Shown here piece after piece: positions 46,801 to 57,209 of a DNA stretch of 64,000 nucleotides. A program made the translations under genes and the position numbers. Origin of the DNA: an uncultured Gammaproteobacteria bacterium (GTDB lineage Bacteria > Patescibacteriota > Microgenomatia > UBA8517); contig CAZMSJ010000003.1 in the NCBI GenBank assembly GCA_964568925.1, positions 7,452-71,451 on the forward strand. The letters run 5' to 3'. Each line of letters starts with the position of its first letter. Within the stretch, counting starts at the first letter, position 1. Below the pieces are notes generated by a model. It worked only from the letters and a program-made list of their open reading frames with translations. It made no database searches and was not told where the DNA came from.

Positions 46801-46996
46801 AACTGGAGCAGGCAACACCCCACTCGTTGTTCGAGGTTCAGTTGTCCTAACCGGAGGAATAACCCTTGAGCGTGACCTGGCTGGTGGAAACAACACGGAG
46901 GCTGCTGAAAAGTTTGTGCAAAGTCCAGAACTGATGTACAACTATCCACCAGCATTAACATTCAAGAGACTCTCCTGGCAAGAAGTTGCACCGTAA
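43820..46996 (+). CDS. Giant (1058 aa) cell-surface protein: TM anchor, Cys-rich module, Ig-like and FN3-like domains
   Basis: N-terminal TM helix. Cys-rich stretch including VCGNGICESGETTASCPADC. Ig-like segment ..TLTANGSSGQVTVNSGSNVTLNWRATNVDSCTASNDWSGDK...YTLTC.. FN3-like segment ..NGSITWEWAPVVGANQYSVVIQ.. Confidence 0.7.
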   Translation: MIQNIGRKLLVVLFAFIIIGLIIFLRVRTTTTPTQYFSTKDNQTVEVVGTTSNHVIELSSSGNSLLQEFLDTQGFWKEGAINSQVYYAQSGRFQIKHLQINFVDQPQSSLLFKGIEDLGSVGIQIEPETFTVTINVYATQYLLSTVKEPGRSTQISSMILTGIFRTIHPLVGDLKSSNGFDIDTYIRDFEKENKTIVSVKKKTGFSFVKSVYADACSNYHYDLGAAQSVKSCTGGGTPGASCNVASECSGGTCDARWKCVTTNPGGGNCVMVSGGPGFQACAPGSLGNCDNGNCPAQVSTGGGATRVCGNGICESGETTASCPADCTSTGGSSGGGGNTCSGACFGGINNCGEVGRQLASGSCSNGELCCGFGPPVGVPCRIWDHVPVDVAVGQTVMVGFTGFVYGDIWTMSTATLTNPIVANVFPLSENHCCSPIFGGASQRFYITGLVPGSTWITNKWDISSPGSCQNSFLVNVTANTVIPTITLTANGSSGQVTVNSGSNVTLNWRATNVDSCTASNDWSGDKLVNGTEVQNNVTTNKRYTLTCIGATGTVTASVNVNINGGPALPLINLNINNSPAQIVYVPQSPNTWPYLFNTWFTWTTQNATSCVGVSRPHNYPYPQPITLGPWPGWYLWDWTKPINQAYSAGAAVATLATSFYDLTCTGPGGTSTDTIQVVPGGIPDVVGDCQVPQPQDPPTSVCAPSPTTNGSITWEWAPVVGANQYSVVIQNVPGFTNVLGTATGDRPAAFFNCNATTCRYTTSLPAGTYRSSIIASNTADICLPSNAGTSAPYTLDLCPVAAWWQGGAGNILSEGLITSQVPYSTLNFIEDGTSGIPGLVSGTAINTGSGAISSTGWSTNSTFGGTIPTYDDFYAQVPAGTTFIDPGANIAPATLQSGGTADAAGYHWYRHTGDVTITGDVLIPSARKDILFVDGGDVNINGKIQFANRANSFFMVITKPTAGGLKGDIKVRSTVTAATGTPALEGMFCGSHMTTGAGNTPLVVRGSVVLTGGITLERDLAGGNNTEAAEKFVQSPELMYNYPPALTFKRLSWQEVAP

Positions 46997-47074
46997 AAAG
47001 ATCCTCGTCAAAATTAATAGCGGCGACCGAAACAAGGAATATTAAAAAGAATTGCTTTTAGTCGTTTAACTCTG

Positions 47075-47740
47075 TTATACCTGTGGAGCTTCCAAGGGGT
47101 GGGCAACGGGGATATTGTATTCAATTCTATTTTCTGACACTTCTTCAAATTGGGTAGCAGAAGCTATATCTTTGTTTTGAGTATGAAAGGTCTTTACTCC
47201 GTTATTTAAATAACTCCCTTCAAGATACTTCAAATAGACAACCAGCATATGGCTATCAAAATGAGAGCCAAGGGGAAGGTATGGCCTGCCTTGAACAATT
47301 TCTGTCTCAATAGCTGAATGCAGGTTCCCAACGATGCAGAGGATAATGCTGTCGTTTGGCAAAAATTGACGAGCGGTGGTTACCATTTCAAACATTGCTC
47401 GATCTCGATAATCCCACTTTTTATCTAAACAATCGATAAAGAGAAGTTTTACTTTTTTGTTGTATATATCAAGAATGAGATCAAAATGGCCTTTTGAGAA
47501 TCTGCCATCAAGGAGAAGCTGCTTCACGTCTTTATTTGCGATAAGAGACACAAAATCATTCTCTCGTAATGCTTTTTCAAAAACAGGAAGAAGTTCTCGA
47601 GGGTACTCAAATGCTACACAACTTATTTTTTTGTGAGGAGAAATAAGTGCAATAGTGTCTTTAATTGCTTTGACGTTTTCAACTACTCCATGAACTTCAC
47701 CAATGATAACAGTATCTATTGATGAAAAGTTTTGTTTCAC
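47075..47740 (-). CDS. Probable Tiki/ChaN/erythromycin-esterase-superfamily protein
   Basis: Ordered motif set IGEVHG (GxxH) ... AFEYP (Glu) ... WDYRDRAMFE (RD..M) ... VGNLH (GxxH). GTG start. Confidence 0.45.
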   Translation of the reverse strand: MKQNFSSIDTVIIGEVHGVVENVKAIKDTIALISPHKKISCVAFEYPRELLPVFEKALRENDFVSLIANKDVKQLLLDGRFSKGHFDLILDIYNKKVKLLFIDCLDKKWDYRDRAMFEMVTTARQFLPNDSIILCIVGNLHSAIETEIVQGRPYLPLGSHFDSHMLVVYLKYLEGSYLNNGVKTFHTQNKDIASATQFEEVSENRIEYNIPVAHPLEAPQV

Positions 47741-47781
47741 AGTAGCTCACTATAACACTAACGACATACCACCATTGAAGC

Positions 47782-47818
47782 AAAAAAAATCTCTGAAGGA
47801 AAGTAACTCCTTCAGAGA
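47782..47818 (-). terminator. Rho-independent terminator after the 96-aa gene
   Basis: 11-bp stem TCTCTGAAGGA/TCCTTCAGAGA with a 7-nt loop (47790-47818). On the minus strand it is followed by U8 (47789-47782). Confidence 0.85.
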
Positions 47819-47824
47819 AAAAAC

Positions 47825-48115
47825 TTACGGTGCTTTCTCGACAATTTCAATTACAAGGATTTCACCCAAAATATCAATGTGAACGAGTCCATTGTAAAGT
47901 TCAAACTCTCTTGACCACTCGGCTGCAGTAATCTGCAATGGTGTTTCGGCATTAATCCAACATCGTCGTGGTGCAAATTTAGTACTTGGATAACTGTGAG
48001 ACATACGAATTACACCTTTACCCGTATGTTGAATAGAGATATTGTACGCAATAAACAAGACTGAACCTGGGGGAAAGTCACGGCTTTTCCCTTGCCAAGT
48101 AAGTACTAAGGCCAT
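47825..48115 (-). CDS. Small hypothetical protein (96 aa), monocistronic
   Basis: GGAGGTG SD upstream of ATG 48115, TGgTATAAT further upstream, and its own terminator. Confidence 0.55.
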   Translation of the reverse strand: MALVLTWQGKSRDFPPGSVLFIAYNISIQHTGKGVIRMSHSYPSTKFAPRRCWINAETPLQITAAEWSREFELYNGLVHIDILGEILVIEIVEKAP

Positions 48116-48238
48116 TTTCACCTCCAGCAAAGAACTATAGTCATATTATACCATACACACGCCTCTTTTTGCACTTATAATGTATCTATTTGTAGTCAAA
48201 AGTGACAAACCTCACCCTAGATATGATTGAGTGTTTGA

Positions 48239-50212
<1,974 letters not shown>

Positions 50213-50230
50213 CAAAACACCCCATAGAAA

Positions 50231-50259
50231 TTGACGTTTAAGCTCAAGAATGCTATTAT
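50231..50259 (+). promoter_or_regulatory. Promoter for the 121-aa orphan gene
   Basis: TTGACG (50231-50236), a 17-nt spacer, then TATTAT (50254-50259). Confidence 0.6.
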
Positions 50260-50317
50260 ACTGAGCCAAACAAATAACCTGGATCAATTTTCGTGAAAAA
50301 CGAAAGGGAGAATTAAC

Positions 50318-50683
50318 GTGGCAGGAAATGGGCAATTCGAAGCTACCGCGGTTAGTGCCGCAAACGTCGCCATGTCCGCAGCCTATGGAGTAACGGAGTA
50401 CGCAGCTGGTACGTGGCAAAGAGGTGACCCCGTGCTCGTAGCCCAAATAAATGTTGATGTACAAACTAAAACATATAATGTTTGGTATGACGTCAACCAT
50501 GATCCCCAAAAAGGTCGTATGGTGAGCGTTAAGCTCAAACAGCACCACACAGGAGCTTTGTATGCCGATGTCATTGTGTGTTACCAGGGAGCAAATAAAA
50601 TTTTTGCTGGTAGCCTTTCCGTTGACGGACAGATACAAAGCTGGCAGTTTGATATTAAAGCAAGAGACATCTATAACAAGTAG
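50318..50683 (+). CDS. Orphan 121-aa protein, no signal peptide, unknown function
   Basis: AAAGGGAG SD before GTG 50318, with its own promoter and terminator. The 49889..50638 minus-strand ORF that overlaps it is rejected. Confidence 0.6.
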   Translation: MAGNGQFEATAVSAANVAMSAAYGVTEYAAGTWQRGDPVLVAQINVDVQTKTYNVWYDVNHDPQKGRMVSVKLKQHHTGALYADVIVCYQGANKIFAGSLSVDGQIQSWQFDIKARDIYNK

Positions 50684-50689
50684 ATTTCT

Positions 50690-50714
50690 GGGCGCACTCG
50701 GTGCGCCCTTTGTT
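50690..50714. terminator. Bidirectional hairpin terminator between convergent genes
   Basis: GGGCGCAC-TCG-GTGCGCCC (50690-50708) followed by TTTGTT. Confidence 0.7.
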
Positions 50715-50731
50715 ATGCCTGAAAAACAACG

Positions 50732-51535
50732 TTACTTCTCAACAGCAAAGAACCCAGTCGAGCGGAATGATTGGATCTCCTGATCAGTAAAACCAAAATC
50801 TTGTTTCCAGGTCTCTTCAAAATAAGGCAATAGCTTTGAATCACGATACAGAACCTTCATGCCAAGCAATGTAAAAATTTGCTCATACTGATCAAAGGTA
50901 ACTGGCACGTAATTTTCGTGTCCCTCACGATCCCAATTATCAGTGTACTTATACTTTAAGAGAAAATGGTTAATGGTATAGATATCGTTTAACTTCCCGA
51001 AATGTGTTTCAAAATCAGAAATAAGAGTGGCAAGCTCTTTCTTTGCCTGTATTTTTAGAAGGACTGTTTTCATACCAAAATCAGTTTTTTGTTTGTAGCC
51101 AGAGAAAATCATATCTCGTATTACAATTCTTCCATGCTTTTTTAGGAGCTCATGAGCATCTGCAAGTGCCTTAACAACAGAGGTGAGCCCTTCACCGTAG
51201 CTAGCAAATTCATGTAACACTGAACAGAAGGTAACTGCATCAAACTTTTGCTCTCGAGCAAGGAGATTGCGAAGATAAATGGTTTCAAACGTTACGTTGT
51301 GGAGTCCAGCAGAGAGGTCACGGGCTCGAGAAATAAACTCAGGGTTTATATCAATGCCATGAAAGTGTGTTTCAGGAAACATCCTGGCCATTTCAATGGT
51401 TACCGCTCCATCAGCGCATCCAACATCAAGCACCTCAAGTGGTTTCTCTGGTAAATAATGAACAATTTTTAGCTTCTCAGCTAACGGTTTACTCATGCGA
51501 GCAAGATATACTTCTGGGTTAACGATCTGATGCAT
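50732..51535 (-). CDS. Class I SAM-dependent methyltransferase
   Basis: Motif I VLDVGCADGAVT and post-I ..HGIDINPE.. Confidence 0.8.
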   Translation of the reverse strand: MHQIVNPEVYLARMSKPLAEKLKIVHYLPEKPLEVLDVGCADGAVTIEMARMFPETHFHGIDINPEFISRARDLSAGLHNVTFETIYLRNLLAREQKFDAVTFCSVLHEFASYGEGLTSVVKALADAHELLKKHGRIVIRDMIFSGYKQKTDFGMKTVLLKIQAKKELATLISDFETHFGKLNDIYTINHFLLKYKYTDNWDREGHENYVPVTFDQYEQIFTLLGMKVLYRDSKLLPYFEETWKQDFGFTDQEIQSFRSTGFFAVEK

Positions 51536-51634
51536 AGATATTTGTAACCTTCAGTATATAACGGAAGGGGAGGAACAAACCAGATAGTTTTGTGACTTGA
51601 AAACGACCACTTTCCACGCCATAATAGCCTCACT

Positions 51635-52567
51635 ATGGCAAGTATTAAAGTAATGGGACACTGTCCTCCAGACACAGACTCAACCTGTTCTCCAATCAGT
51701 TACGCTTGGTTTTTGAAAACGATAAAAGGCATGGATGTTGAAGCAGTTATTGGTGGGGGACTTAATAAAGAAGCACAATTTGTGTTGTCTCATTTTGGAA
51801 TCGAAACTCCCAAGATGATCGAGTCTGTAACTGAAGGTGACAAATTAGTCATCATTGATACCAATAACCCTGAAGAACTTATAACTGGTTGGGAGAAAGC
51901 AGAGATTATTGAAATTGTAGATCATCACAAGTTGTATGGATTGAAAACTGCAAACATTCCAACTGTCACCATTAAGCCATATGGTTGTGTAGCAACCGTT
52001 TTGTGGGAAATCATGACTGAAGCTCATGACAAGCTTCCAAAAGAAATTGCAGGGCTCATGGCCTCATGTATCATCTCAGATACCTTAAACTTAACCAGTC
52101 CAACAACAACAGAGAAAGACAAACAAGCATTAGCTCATCTCGTTTCTGTTGCAGGAATAAATGTCCAATCATTTTCTCAAGAAATGTTTGCGGCAAAATC
52201 AAACCTTGATGGGTTAACCGATGAGCAGATCCTGTTAACTGACGCAAAGGATTTTGAATTTGGTGGAGCCATCTACAAGATTGGAGTTCTTGAGACAACC
52301 GCACCGAATCAAGCGTTAGCCAAAAAGGATTCCCTGGTTGTGGCAATGAATGCACTCAAACAAAAGGAAAACTTGGCAGGTATGATGTTTTTTGTTGTAG
52401 ATATCATCCAGTCTTCAGCAGTTCTTTTAACCAGTAGTGATGAGGATTTGAAATTAGGAGAGAAAGCGTTTTCAGTGACCGCTGAAAATGGTGTACTTAC
52501 CCTTCCAGGAATTGTTTCACGAAAAAAGCAAATTGTTCCTGCTTTTGAAAAAATTTTTAACTCCTAA
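51635..52567 (+). CDS. ppaC: Family II (DHH) manganese-dependent inorganic pyrophosphatase
   Basis: ..GHCPPDTDSTCS.., ..IIDTNNP.., ..VDHHK.., and a DHHA2 tail. The 310-aa length is typical of the family. Confidence 0.8.
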   Translation: MASIKVMGHCPPDTDSTCSPISYAWFLKTIKGMDVEAVIGGGLNKEAQFVLSHFGIETPKMIESVTEGDKLVIIDTNNPEELITGWEKAEIIEIVDHHKLYGLKTANIPTVTIKPYGCVATVLWEIMTEAHDKLPKEIAGLMASCIISDTLNLTSPTTTEKDKQALAHLVSVAGINVQSFSQEMFAAKSNLDGLTDEQILLTDAKDFEFGGAIYKIGVLETTAPNQALAKKDSLVVAMNALKQKENLAGMMFFVVDIIQSSAVLLTSSDEDLKLGEKAFSVTAENGVLTLPGIVSRKKQIVPAFEKIFNS

Positions 52568-52572
52568 CTATA

Positions 52573-53199
52573 TTGTTTAATTCTCGAGTCATCACGCTTC
52601 CTGTTGGGCAACTTCAGTCAAATTGTTATATCTACAAAATCGATAGCACCAAAGCGATTATTGTGGACCCTGGGGACGACGCTGACTACATTAATCAAAA
52701 GCTTCTTGAATTATCCCTTACTCCAGTTGCAATTCTTTTAACCCATGGGCACTTTGACCATGTACTCGGTGGCTTTGCCGTACAACTTGCCTTCGGGTGC
52801 CCGGTCTATATTCATAAAAAAGATTCGTTTTTACTTGAGAGAATGCGAGACACAACGATTCACTTTACACAAACTGATCCTGGACCTGCCCCTGTTATTA
52901 CACATTTTTTCACAACAGAAACGACCATTGAATTTGAAGATACAAAATTCTTTGTGTTACATACACCAGGGCACACACCAGGAAGTTTATGTTTCCATGA
53001 CAAAAAACATGGAATCGTTTTTACAGGAGACTTGATATTTGCAGATGGAACCCGCGGGGGGGTAGACCACAGTTATTCAGACAAACAAGAACTTTTGCGA
53101 TCAATTCATATGCTTTCAAAACTGCCTGAAGACACCACAATATACCCCGGACATGGTGAAACTTTCACGGTTAAGGAGTTAGTAAGTGGGGTGCACTAG
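52573..53199 (+). CDS. MBL-fold metallo-hydrolase (glyoxalase II-like)
   Basis: LLTHGHFDHVLG, ..HTPGHTPGS.., ..GDLIF... TTG start. Confidence 0.85.
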   Translation: MFNSRVITLPVGQLQSNCYIYKIDSTKAIIVDPGDDADYINQKLLELSLTPVAILLTHGHFDHVLGGFAVQLAFGCPVYIHKKDSFLLERMRDTTIHFTQTDPGPAPVITHFFTTETTIEFEDTKFFVLHTPGHTPGSLCFHDKKHGIVFTGDLIFADGTRGGVDHSYSDKQELLRSIHMLSKLPEDTTIYPGHGETFTVKELVSGVH

Positions 53200-53212
53200 C
53201 ACCCCACTATTT

Positions 53213-53797
53213 TTATCGTTTCCCTGGCACATCGTGATGAAACAAACAGCGTGCTTCATATGATTCTTTGGCTCCAATAACAATCAATGGATCCAAATAA
53301 TGTGCAGCCTTTCCATTTACAATCCGCTGTGTACGCACTGCATTTGGAATATCCTGATGTACACAAGACTTACAAATCGCTTTGAGCATTCGCGCATCAT
53401 CAGCAAGAGCGATGAGCGTGTGCATTTGTCCAAAAGGTTCACCGCGAAAGTCGAGGTTTAACCCATCAACAATTACCCGTTTTCCCCTTGAAACAAGCTC
53501 CTCACACACAGGAACAATCTCCCGATCCAGAAACTGTGCTTCGTCAATTCCAACGACCTTTGTCCCTGGAACAAGCAAAGACAGGATATCACTAGCACAC
53601 TCAATCGGTTGAGCGTCTCGGGACAGACCGGAGTGAGAATTCACCTTGTGAATACCCTCATACCGATCATCAATCTTTGGCTTAAAGAGCTGATATGAAA
53701 CATCAGCAATCTCAACCCTGATAATTCGCTGCAACAGCTCTTCTGACTTACCAGAGAACATGCAGCCATATATCAACTCTAGTTGCCCAAATGGCAT
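53213..53797 (-). CDS. tdk: Thymidine kinase
   Basis: GGAG SD before ATG 53797. P-loop YGCMFSGKSEELL, ..VVGIDEAQF.., and a C-terminal zinc lasso (C..C...C.H). Confidence 0.9.
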   Translation of the reverse strand: MPFGQLELIYGCMFSGKSEELLQRIIRVEIADVSYQLFKPKIDDRYEGIHKVNSHSGLSRDAQPIECASDILSLLVPGTKVVGIDEAQFLDREIVPVCEELVSRGKRVIVDGLNLDFRGEPFGQMHTLIALADDARMLKAICKSCVHQDIPNAVRTQRIVNGKAAHYLDPLIVIGAKESYEARCLFHHDVPGKR

Positions 53798-53883
53798 GAT
53801 AGACTCCTTTTTTTTAAGTGAACAAACAAACACTCATTTCTACCCCTTTTTGTTTTCTCTTGCTAGTATGAAAACATTAAAAG

Positions 53884-53912
53884 TTGAATATAGGATAGAT
53901 TTCATTTATACT
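53884..53912 (+). promoter_or_regulatory. Promoter for the 107-aa gene
   Basis: TTGAAT (53884-53889), a 17-nt spacer, then TATACT (53907-53912). Confidence 0.6.
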
Positions 53913-53946
53913 TGGCGAACGAAAATGTTGTAATAGGGAGGGCACA

Positions 53947-54270
53947 ATGGCCGTAGAAGATATTGCCAAAATCGATTTTGGCAACCCTGGACTTGAAGAC
54001 CCAGTGCATTGGGAACACAACAAAGCAATCACGAGAAAGCTCTGTGAGCTTGGGGCTGTGACCGAATGGATCGAGAATCCAACAAAAGGATATCCTTCGG
54101 TACCTTATCATTTTTTAATTGAAGAGGTACATGTGGAGTTTCTTCCTCACTGGGGCTTTATGAAATTGAACGGTATTCAGATTGAGATACCAGAAAACAT
54201 TGATGGAATCATGCAGCAAATTAAGGCTGTGAAAATGGTTAACACCATTATCAAAAAACTAAAGTATTAA
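53947..54270 (+). CDS. Hypothetical 107-aa protein
   Basis: GGGAGGG SD, with its own promoter and terminator. No motif recognised. Confidence 0.55.
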   Translation: MAVEDIAKIDFGNPGLEDPVHWEHNKAITRKLCELGAVTEWIENPTKGYPSVPYHFLIEEVHVEFLPHWGFMKLNGIQIEIPENIDGIMQQIKAVKMVNTIIKKLKY

Positions 54271-54280
54271 CCGTTGTAAT

Positions 54281-54315
54281 CGGGCTCTTGAAAGAAAAGA
54301 GCCCGTTATTTTTTT
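54281..54315 (+). terminator. Rho-independent terminator
   Basis: CGGGCTCTT-GAAAGAA-AAGAGCCCG (54281-54305) followed by TTATTTTTTT. Confidence 0.85.
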
Positions 54316-54376
54316 GTAAAAAAGTGAAGCATCAATTACAATCGTCATGCTATCTATCTGTGAAAGGAGCTACAAA

Positions 54377-54577
54377 GTGGCGATAGAAGAGTTTGATAAG
54401 CAAGATCTTATTGGCCTAACGGAAGAAGCGGCAAAGATACTCTTGGAGAAAAATAAAATCCGGGTGAGGATCGCACGACGGGATCTCATTGAATATGCTC
54501 ATCCATTCGATTGGGCACCAGAACGAGTAAACCTTGAGATTGAAAACGGGGTTGTTGTGAAAGCCAGTTTTGGATAA
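54377..54577 (+). CDS. Small protein resembling peptidase-inhibitor I78 family
   Basis: AAGGAG (54363-54368) before GTG 54377. Pattern ..GLTEEAAKILLEKNKIRVRIARRD......PERVNLEIENGVVVKASFG. Confidence 0.45.
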   Translation: MAIEEFDKQDLIGLTEEAAKILLEKNKIRVRIARRDLIEYAHPFDWAPERVNLEIENGVVVKASFG

Positions 54578-54587
54578 CTGAAGGTAA

Positions 54588-54613
54588 GGGGCACAGACTG
54601 TGTCCCTTTTTTT
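54588..54613. terminator. Hairpin terminator shared by convergent genes
   Basis: GGGGCAC-AGACT-GTGTCCC followed by T7. The T-run overlaps the stop codon of the convergent M16 gene. Confidence 0.7.
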
Positions 54614-55865
54614 ATTCAAGAGGATTGCGTGCCATGATAGAGACGATTGGGTCCTTGCCACGAAGAGAGGTGAATGAATCGTTAATCTCTTTAAGGGTTA
54701 TGCTATTTGCCATTTTGATGTATTCCTTTGGCATTTTAATTTCTTTGTCCCAAAACAAATCAGATGCCATTTCTCGTGCAATTGAATATGGTGAATCATA
54801 GGCCATGAGCATACGCATATTGATGTAGTTTCGTGCACGAGTAAACTCTTCCTTGGTTGCCCCTTTATCAAGAAAAACTTGAAAAATACTGTGTATTTCC
54901 TGTTCAGCTTTGAGTGCATTCTCTGGTGAAACAGACATTCCCATATAAAAATTACTGACTGTATTTCGATACACAAGGGAAGAACCGGCAGAGTAGACGA
55001 GTCCTAATTCATTTCGCAATCTTTTGTAAATTCGAGAACGGCCACCACGACCTAAAATGTAGTTAGCAATGTGCTGAATCACTCGTTCACGTTCAGTTGT
55101 TTCATCTCGACCTTTCATAAAGTAGTTAATATCAATTGAGACTCGATCAACATCTTCTGAATGAAATGATCTCATGCTTTTTGTTTTTGGTTCACCTGGA
55201 GTATATGTATGAGACTCCCCATGAGGAGCATCAGTTAACATTTTAGTAATCAGTTTTTTGGTCTTCTCAACATCAAAATTACCAGACAACCCCAATACCA
55301 TGTTGTTTGTTACAAAAAATTCTTTTTGAAGTTTAACCAAATCTTCCCGTGTAACGGTGTTCACAAATCCAATTTCACCCATGCCATCACGAATATAGAT
55401 GTGATGGTCCCCAAATAAATTCATGTCATACACTCGAGCATACCGTGAATTTGGATTACTCCACTTGTCACGATATTCCTGAGCAATCACTTGCTTTTCA
55501 TGTTCAAGTCTGTCCGCGGGCAATGTGGCATGGAAGGCAAGTTCTTGAAAGAGGTTAAGACCTGCTTCAAATGAAACAGTAGGGAAGTTTAATTCAAAGC
55601 CAAGGGTAGCGCCGCTTGTATAGGCATTTTGATAAATACCATGATCTTCTTTGTAGAGCTCTTTTGCATACACATCAGGGAGCGTTTCTGTCCCTTGATG
55701 AACCAAATGCTCCATTAAGTGCATTGCACCCCAATCATTTCCTTTCTCATACCAAGCACCGGCTCTAAATTGTACTTCAAGTGCAACAGCTTGCACGGTT
55801 TCCATTGGGTAGAGAGCAACAAGCGCTCCATTTACTTCAAAGACGATAGGTGGCCTCATATCCAT
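54612..55865 (-). CDS. M16-family (pitrilysin/insulinase-like) zinc peptidase
   Basis: Inverted zinc motif HLMEH...E and two M16 half-domains. The start is ambiguous (ATG 55865, 55859 or 55898); the track start at 55976 is unlikely. Confidence 0.8.
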   Translation of the reverse strand: MDMRPPIVFEVNGALVALYPMETVQAVALEVQFRAGAWYEKGNDWGAMHLMEHLVHQGTETLPDVYAKELYKEDHGIYQNAYTSGATLGFELNFPTVSFEAGLNLFQELAFHATLPADRLEHEKQVIAQEYRDKWSNPNSRYARVYDMNLFGDHHIYIRDGMGEIGFVNTVTREDLVKLQKEFFVTNNMVLGLSGNFDVEKTKKLITKMLTDAPHGESHTYTPGEPKTKSMRSFHSEDVDRVSIDINYFMKGRDETTERERVIQHIANYILGRGGRSRIYKRLRNELGLVYSAGSSLVYRNTVSNFYMGMSVSPENALKAEQEIHSIFQVFLDKGATKEEFTRARNYINMRMLMAYDSPYSIAREMASDLFWDKEIKMPKEYIKMANSITLKEINDSFTSLRGKDPIVSIMARNPLE

Positions 55866-55940
55866 GCAGTATACCACTAGAAAAATGGCAGAAAACATGC
55901 TATAGTATTTATGCGCGTCATTACACGAGGAGAACAGGGT

Positions 55941-56384
55941 ATGACCACTCTTGAACGAACGTTTTTGAATCAGCATCTAGAAATTCTAGAATTAGTTGTT
56001 TACAGCCAACGAATCCAAGATTCTGCGCTTGTTCCCCAAAAACAAGGCCTTTATCAGTACTTTGAAGAACGTTCAAAGAAGAGGCTTTTTCCTCAACCGA
56101 GGAGACCTATTGGACAACTCATAGAAATCTTTTGGCGTGAACTAGCACCTGACGAAGAATATGCGGTGTGTTTTACGTCAAACGCACGCGTTGTTGATTC
56201 GATAGTTTTTTGGTCAGATTACAAAAAAACTGCCGAATCTTTGTATGCCCTTCAGGGGGCACCAATTCACAATTTGAGCAATGCATTGTCAAACCTGAAC
56301 TGGGGAGTATCTTGGGAATTTGAGGGATATAACAAAACTATAACGGTTGTTTGCCCGCTTCGTATTCCCTTTCCAGTTTGTTAG
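55941..56384 (+). CDS. Hypothetical protein
   Basis: GAGGAG SD before ATG 55941. No motif recognised. Confidence 0.45.
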   Translation: MTTLERTFLNQHLEILELVVYSQRIQDSALVPQKQGLYQYFEERSKKRLFPQPRRPIGQLIEIFWRELAPDEEYAVCFTSNARVVDSIVFWSDYKKTAESLYALQGAPIHNLSNALSNLNWGVSWEFEGYNKTITVVCPLRIPFPVC

Positions 56385-56434
56385 GTGTCACCACACATGG
56401 GGTGCAGGAAATTTCCTGTACCCTTATTTTTGTG

Positions 56435-57184
56435 TCATTTTTGTATACACAAGAAGCTTCCAACAGGGGAGAGTTCTGTTAAATATTTTTCTTCATTTTT
56501 AAATGTTGAAGCAGAACCTCCATCAAGGTTAATTGCATCAGCAATGGCCACTCCAGTTTTCTCTTCAAGTTCTGAAACAAAGATTGGGAGATCAACAAGT
56601 TTCGGACCACGGAACGAGGAACGTGGATCAAAGACAACTGCAATAAAGAGTTTGTTGTCTCCGGTTACTGCAGCAAATACCCTACGTGCATTTTTATCGT
56701 TTGTAATGCGTAACACAGAGTTTTTCCCATTCTCACGAAGAACTGGGCCAGTCTGGAGTCCCCAGACAAGTGGATCACGAGGAAGAATACTGGTTATCCG
56801 AATAATGCCCATTTTGTTTGCCGTTATATATCCATTAAATAAAGCACTTTCATGCCCTGTCCGATATTCTTTCTCTTGAGCATAAAAGTAGCCAACTGGT
56901 TTGTTTTCTTTGGTATAAAAACCTGCACTTGAGAGGAATGCACAGGTGTTCTCTTCTAAAACATCACTCGAGAGCTTGAATGATTCAAAATTAGGCAGCA
57001 AAGAAACGGCATCAGCTTCAAATGGTCCAGCCCACAAAAGAGTGGTCGTGGCCGCCACTGGGGTAACGTCTTCTTCTTGTATTTCACTTAACACCCGAGG
57101 CAACTCCGTTGCCTTTCTCATTGAAAGAGAGAAGACAAGAGCACTTAACAAAACGACTACAATGACGATTCCTATTTTTCGCAT
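56435..57184 (-). CDS. Phosphodiester glycosidase (NAGPA/DUF2233) family protein, membrane-anchored
   Basis: N-terminal TM helix. C-terminal ..AINLDGGSASTF.. signature. Confidence 0.7.
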   Translation of the reverse strand: MRKIGIVIVVVLLSALVFSLSMRKATELPRVLSEIQEEDVTPVAATTTLLWAGPFEADAVSLLPNFESFKLSSDVLEENTCAFLSSAGFYTKENKPVGYFYAQEKEYRTGHESALFNGYITANKMGIIRITSILPRDPLVWGLQTGPVLRENGKNSVLRITNDKNARRVFAAVTGDNKLFIAVVFDPRSSFRGPKLVDLPIFVSELEEKTGVAIADAINLDGGSASTFKNEEKYLTELSPVGSFLCIQK

Positions 57185-57209
57185 ACCCTGATTATACTAG
57201 AATGAAGGA

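Noticed and set aside
56385-56879. 164-aa plus-strand ORF
   Set aside because: It is antisense to the NAGPA-family gene, which carries a recognisable NLDGGSA signature. It has no motif or SD.
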